From Macrostomum hystrix (Eukaryota > Animalia > Platyhelminthes), in NCBI GenBank assembly GCA_950097015.1, contig CATNEN010000038.1, positions 34,844,001 through 34,908,000 of the forward strand: DNA of 64,000 nucleotides, given 5' to 3'. Both the position numbers and the translations under genes were made by a program. Of this stretch, positions 61,775-64,000 are shown one piece after another (position 1 is the first letter of the stretch; each line of letters opens with the position of its first letter). Under the pieces are notes generated by a model that saw only the letters and a list, made by a program, of their open reading frames with translations, was not told the origin of the DNA and did no database searches.

Positions 61775-62280
61775 ATACTACTACTACTACTACTACTTCT
61801 AATACTACTACTACTAGCACTATTACTACTACTACCACTATTCCCGCAAAAATATTTGGGATGTTTCTTTGGGTGATTCCAGTTGGAATCTGCGGTGTTT
61901 CCAGAAAAAGAAACAGCCGAACGCTGGAAACAGGCTAATCGGATGATTCCATGCTTGGAATCTACCCAACTGGGCGGTTTCTCGGTGCTTCTTGGTGGCG
62001 AAATGGAACCACCGAAAGAATCATCCAGTTCGTGAGATTCCATGCTCAGAAACCGCCGAGGAATCGACAGTAAAGAATTCTCTGGTTGTCCCATGGGCCA
62101 CTGGTTCGGGTGATTCTTCGGCGGTTTCCGCACACTTTACAATCACATCGGCTGCTTCCTGTGTGGTTTCTTTAACTCTTGCGAGATAGGGGGGATTTTG
62201 GTAGATTCCACTCCTATTTTGCACAAAAAACCCGCCGAAGAAGCAGCCGAATTTTTTACAGGGTTACTATTACTACTACC

Positions 62281-62338
<58 letters not shown>

Positions 62339-64000
62339 ATCCCGCTACACCCCTGCATCACAGGCTGATTACTCGCAACACTTACGAACGGGAAATGTTC
62401 GATCGAGCCAGTCTAAAACTCGGCCTAGACAAGGCCGTACTGCAGAACATGGGCGCCAGCAGCGGCGGCGCCTCCGGCCAGCCGTCAAAGAAGGATGTCG
62501 AAGATCTATTAAAGAAGGGAGCCTACGGCGCCCTGATGGACGACGACAATGCCGGGGATAAATTCTGCGAAGAGGATATCGACCAGATCCTCATGGGCCG
62601 GACAACCACCATTCAGATTGAGTCCGGGGAGAAGGGTAGCACGTTTAGCAAGGTGAGTTTCGCACCTGTTTTGGCCTCTGACCTTAATTATAAAAGAATT
62701 GCAGGAGAGCTGCAGGCAATGGCACATTATTTGGTGACACTAGACCCGCAGCTAGTAAGGAGGCAATTCTGCCCATTCCGCTTACACGCGCACAGATGCC
62801 TCTGCACTGACTTTCTCATCGTCAGGCAGTGTACACTCTCACTGTGCCTTGCACGACAAGCCACCAAGCCTTCTCTCCGAGTCTGCGTCCCAAATGAATG
62901 TGGCCTCGCCGCGGAATCGAGCTCAGGGACCTTGGTGCGAGAGGCTAACGCGTCAGACCGCTCTGCCACTCATTTGTCGGTCTCTGGCTTAAAAAATCGT
63001 GTGTACTTTTAGCCACTAAACTCCCCCAAATCTGCAGGCCAGCTTCTCCATGACCGGCAATCGGACAGACATCGATCTGGACGATCCGGAATTCTGGCAC
63101 AAATGGGCCCAGAAGGCCGGCGTCGACGAGAGCTACTTCAGCGCCAACAAGGACCTAATTGTCGACGCGCCGCGTCAGAGGCGTCAGACTGCTCGCTATG
63201 TGGCTAACGAGGGCGCCGATACCGCCGGCCTGGGTGCGGCTAGCCTCGCCAGCAGCTCCGCTGGCAGCGGCGTCGGCGGCCCAGGCGGCGGCCCAGGCGG
63301 AGGCTCCGATTCGGAGGCTGACTCTGACGATTCCGCTGGCGGTTCCACAATTGCCTACGGGCCCAACGGTCAGCCGCTGCCGCATTCGCTGCATCGTCGG
63401 CGACGTCGGGACAAAGCGATGGGCGAGCTGGAGCGAACCGACCTGTTCCGCCTGGAAAAAGGCCTCATGGCGTTCGGCTTCGGACGCTGGCGAGAAATCG
63501 CCGCCAGATGTGCTTCGCCAGCCAATTCATCGACATCGGCGACCGCCATGTCACTGACGGCGACATCACCGGAGGCTGAATCAGCTGTTGAACGCCTGAG
63601 CCGCGCCCTGCTGTCGCATTGTCTGCGATTCTACACCGGCGATGCCCGAATCCGCGCCTTTGTTAGCCACCTGCTCAGTTCCAGCAGTCCCGCCGGCGAC
63701 TCCGCCTCGGCTCTGCGACACTCCGGCCTCAGCGCGCCGATCGCTCGGGGCCGGAAAACGCGCCGAGTTGAGCCTGCGCCGCTGTTGGGCGCCGGCGGTG
63801 CGGCTTCCACATCAGCCGCCGCCGATGCCGCCGACGCTGCCGCAGCCACGACGCCAGCTTCTGTAGCAGCCGATGACTCGTCCAGCAACCAGCAGGCTCT
63901 AGATGATGCTTCCGACCGGATAGTGAGCTGTCCCAGCTTCCTTCGCCACCTGGAGAAGGCGGGCAATAAGCTGCTGCATCGCATTCGACTGCTCTACTTT
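48833..64000 (+). CDS. CHD7: CHD6-9/kismet-subfamily chromodomain helicase; 3' end beyond the window
   Basis: Exons about 48833-49632, 50061-50337, 56248/56251-56418, 57206-57681, 58177-58789, 59588-60040, 60664-61421, 62364-62652, 63038->64000. Two chromodomains; SNF2 motifs [31 protein letters not shown]; subfamily signature [40 protein letters not shown]. The symbol denotes the subfamily; the first three exons are less certain. Confidence 0.9.
50374..50819. repeat. 31-bp intronic minisatellite with hairpin GACCTTC-T-GAAGGTC
   Basis: Tandem array beside a CHD donor site. Confidence 0.95.
51798..52525. repeat. 29-bp minisatellite (GTGTTCTAGCTGACCCTAGATACACCCGT)n
   Basis: Near-perfect array. 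Confidence 0.96.
53336..54451. repeat. 30-bp minisatellite (GATTAGCGTGTGCTTGCTGAAGTACTGAGG)n
   Basis: Array with a gradient of variants along its length; accounts for the 363-aa repeat ORF. Confidence 0.96.
56458..56816. repeat. 27-bp minisatellite (ACTAACCCCATGATCCATAATCCTCAT)n
   Basis: Intronic tandem array. Confidence 0.93.
57922..58135. repeat. 31-bp minisatellite (GTGTGCTCAAAGTGTATTCAGTGTGCTCATA)n
   Basis: Intronic tandem array before an acceptor site. Confidence 0.9.
58962..59538. repeat. About 38-bp minisatellite (TTGGGATTTCTGTTATCCCAA...)
   Basis: Intronic array; each unit contains a TTGGGAT...ATCCCAA inverted repeat. Confidence 0.92.
60047..60565. repeat. About 35-bp minisatellite (GAGTTTCCTAGAATCATGAGGATCTTTTAGATTAG)n
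   Basis: Intronic degenerate array. Confidence 0.9.
61843..62263 (-). mobile_element. CACTA/EnSpm-like non-autonomous element, copy 2, inside a (TAC)n microsatellite
   Basis: TT|CCCGCAAAAA ... TTTTTTACAGGG|TT; reverse complement of 32474..32893; (TAC)n on both sides (about 61565-62340). Confidence 0.78.
62697..62971 (-). mobile_element. tRNA-derived SINE family 1
   Basis: Homologous to 27516..27836; lies in a CHD intron. Confidence 0.78.

Overview
Eukaryotic (metazoan) DNA with spliceosomal GT-AG introns; not prokaryotic. GC-rich exons with minisatellite-filled introns suggest a flatworm such as Macrostomum, but this is an inference. 0.8-21 kb: a cluster of intronless secreted PAN/apple + C-type-lectin-like genes (3 intact, 1 nonsense pseudogene, 1 divergent 3' relic) among large minisatellites, non-autonomous Helitrons and fold-back/MITE elements. 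22.6-45.4 kb: four co-oriented minus-strand housekeeping genes, SAC1 > KPTN > SDHAF2 (two Sdh5 domains) > NAXE. A young Ty3/Gypsy element (identical 224-bp LTRs, GGTGG target duplication) sits in the last SAC1 intron, inserted into a tRNA-SINE A box. 48.8-64 kb: a CHD7/kismet-type remodeller that runs off the window. Leading hypothesis: the minus-strand cluster is a trans-spliced operon. SDHAF2 and NAXE each have a phase-0 splice acceptor that opens directly into a mitochondrial presequence with no AUG, so the terminal AUG of the flatworm spliced leader could be the initiator. Coordinates and splice phases were read by eye.
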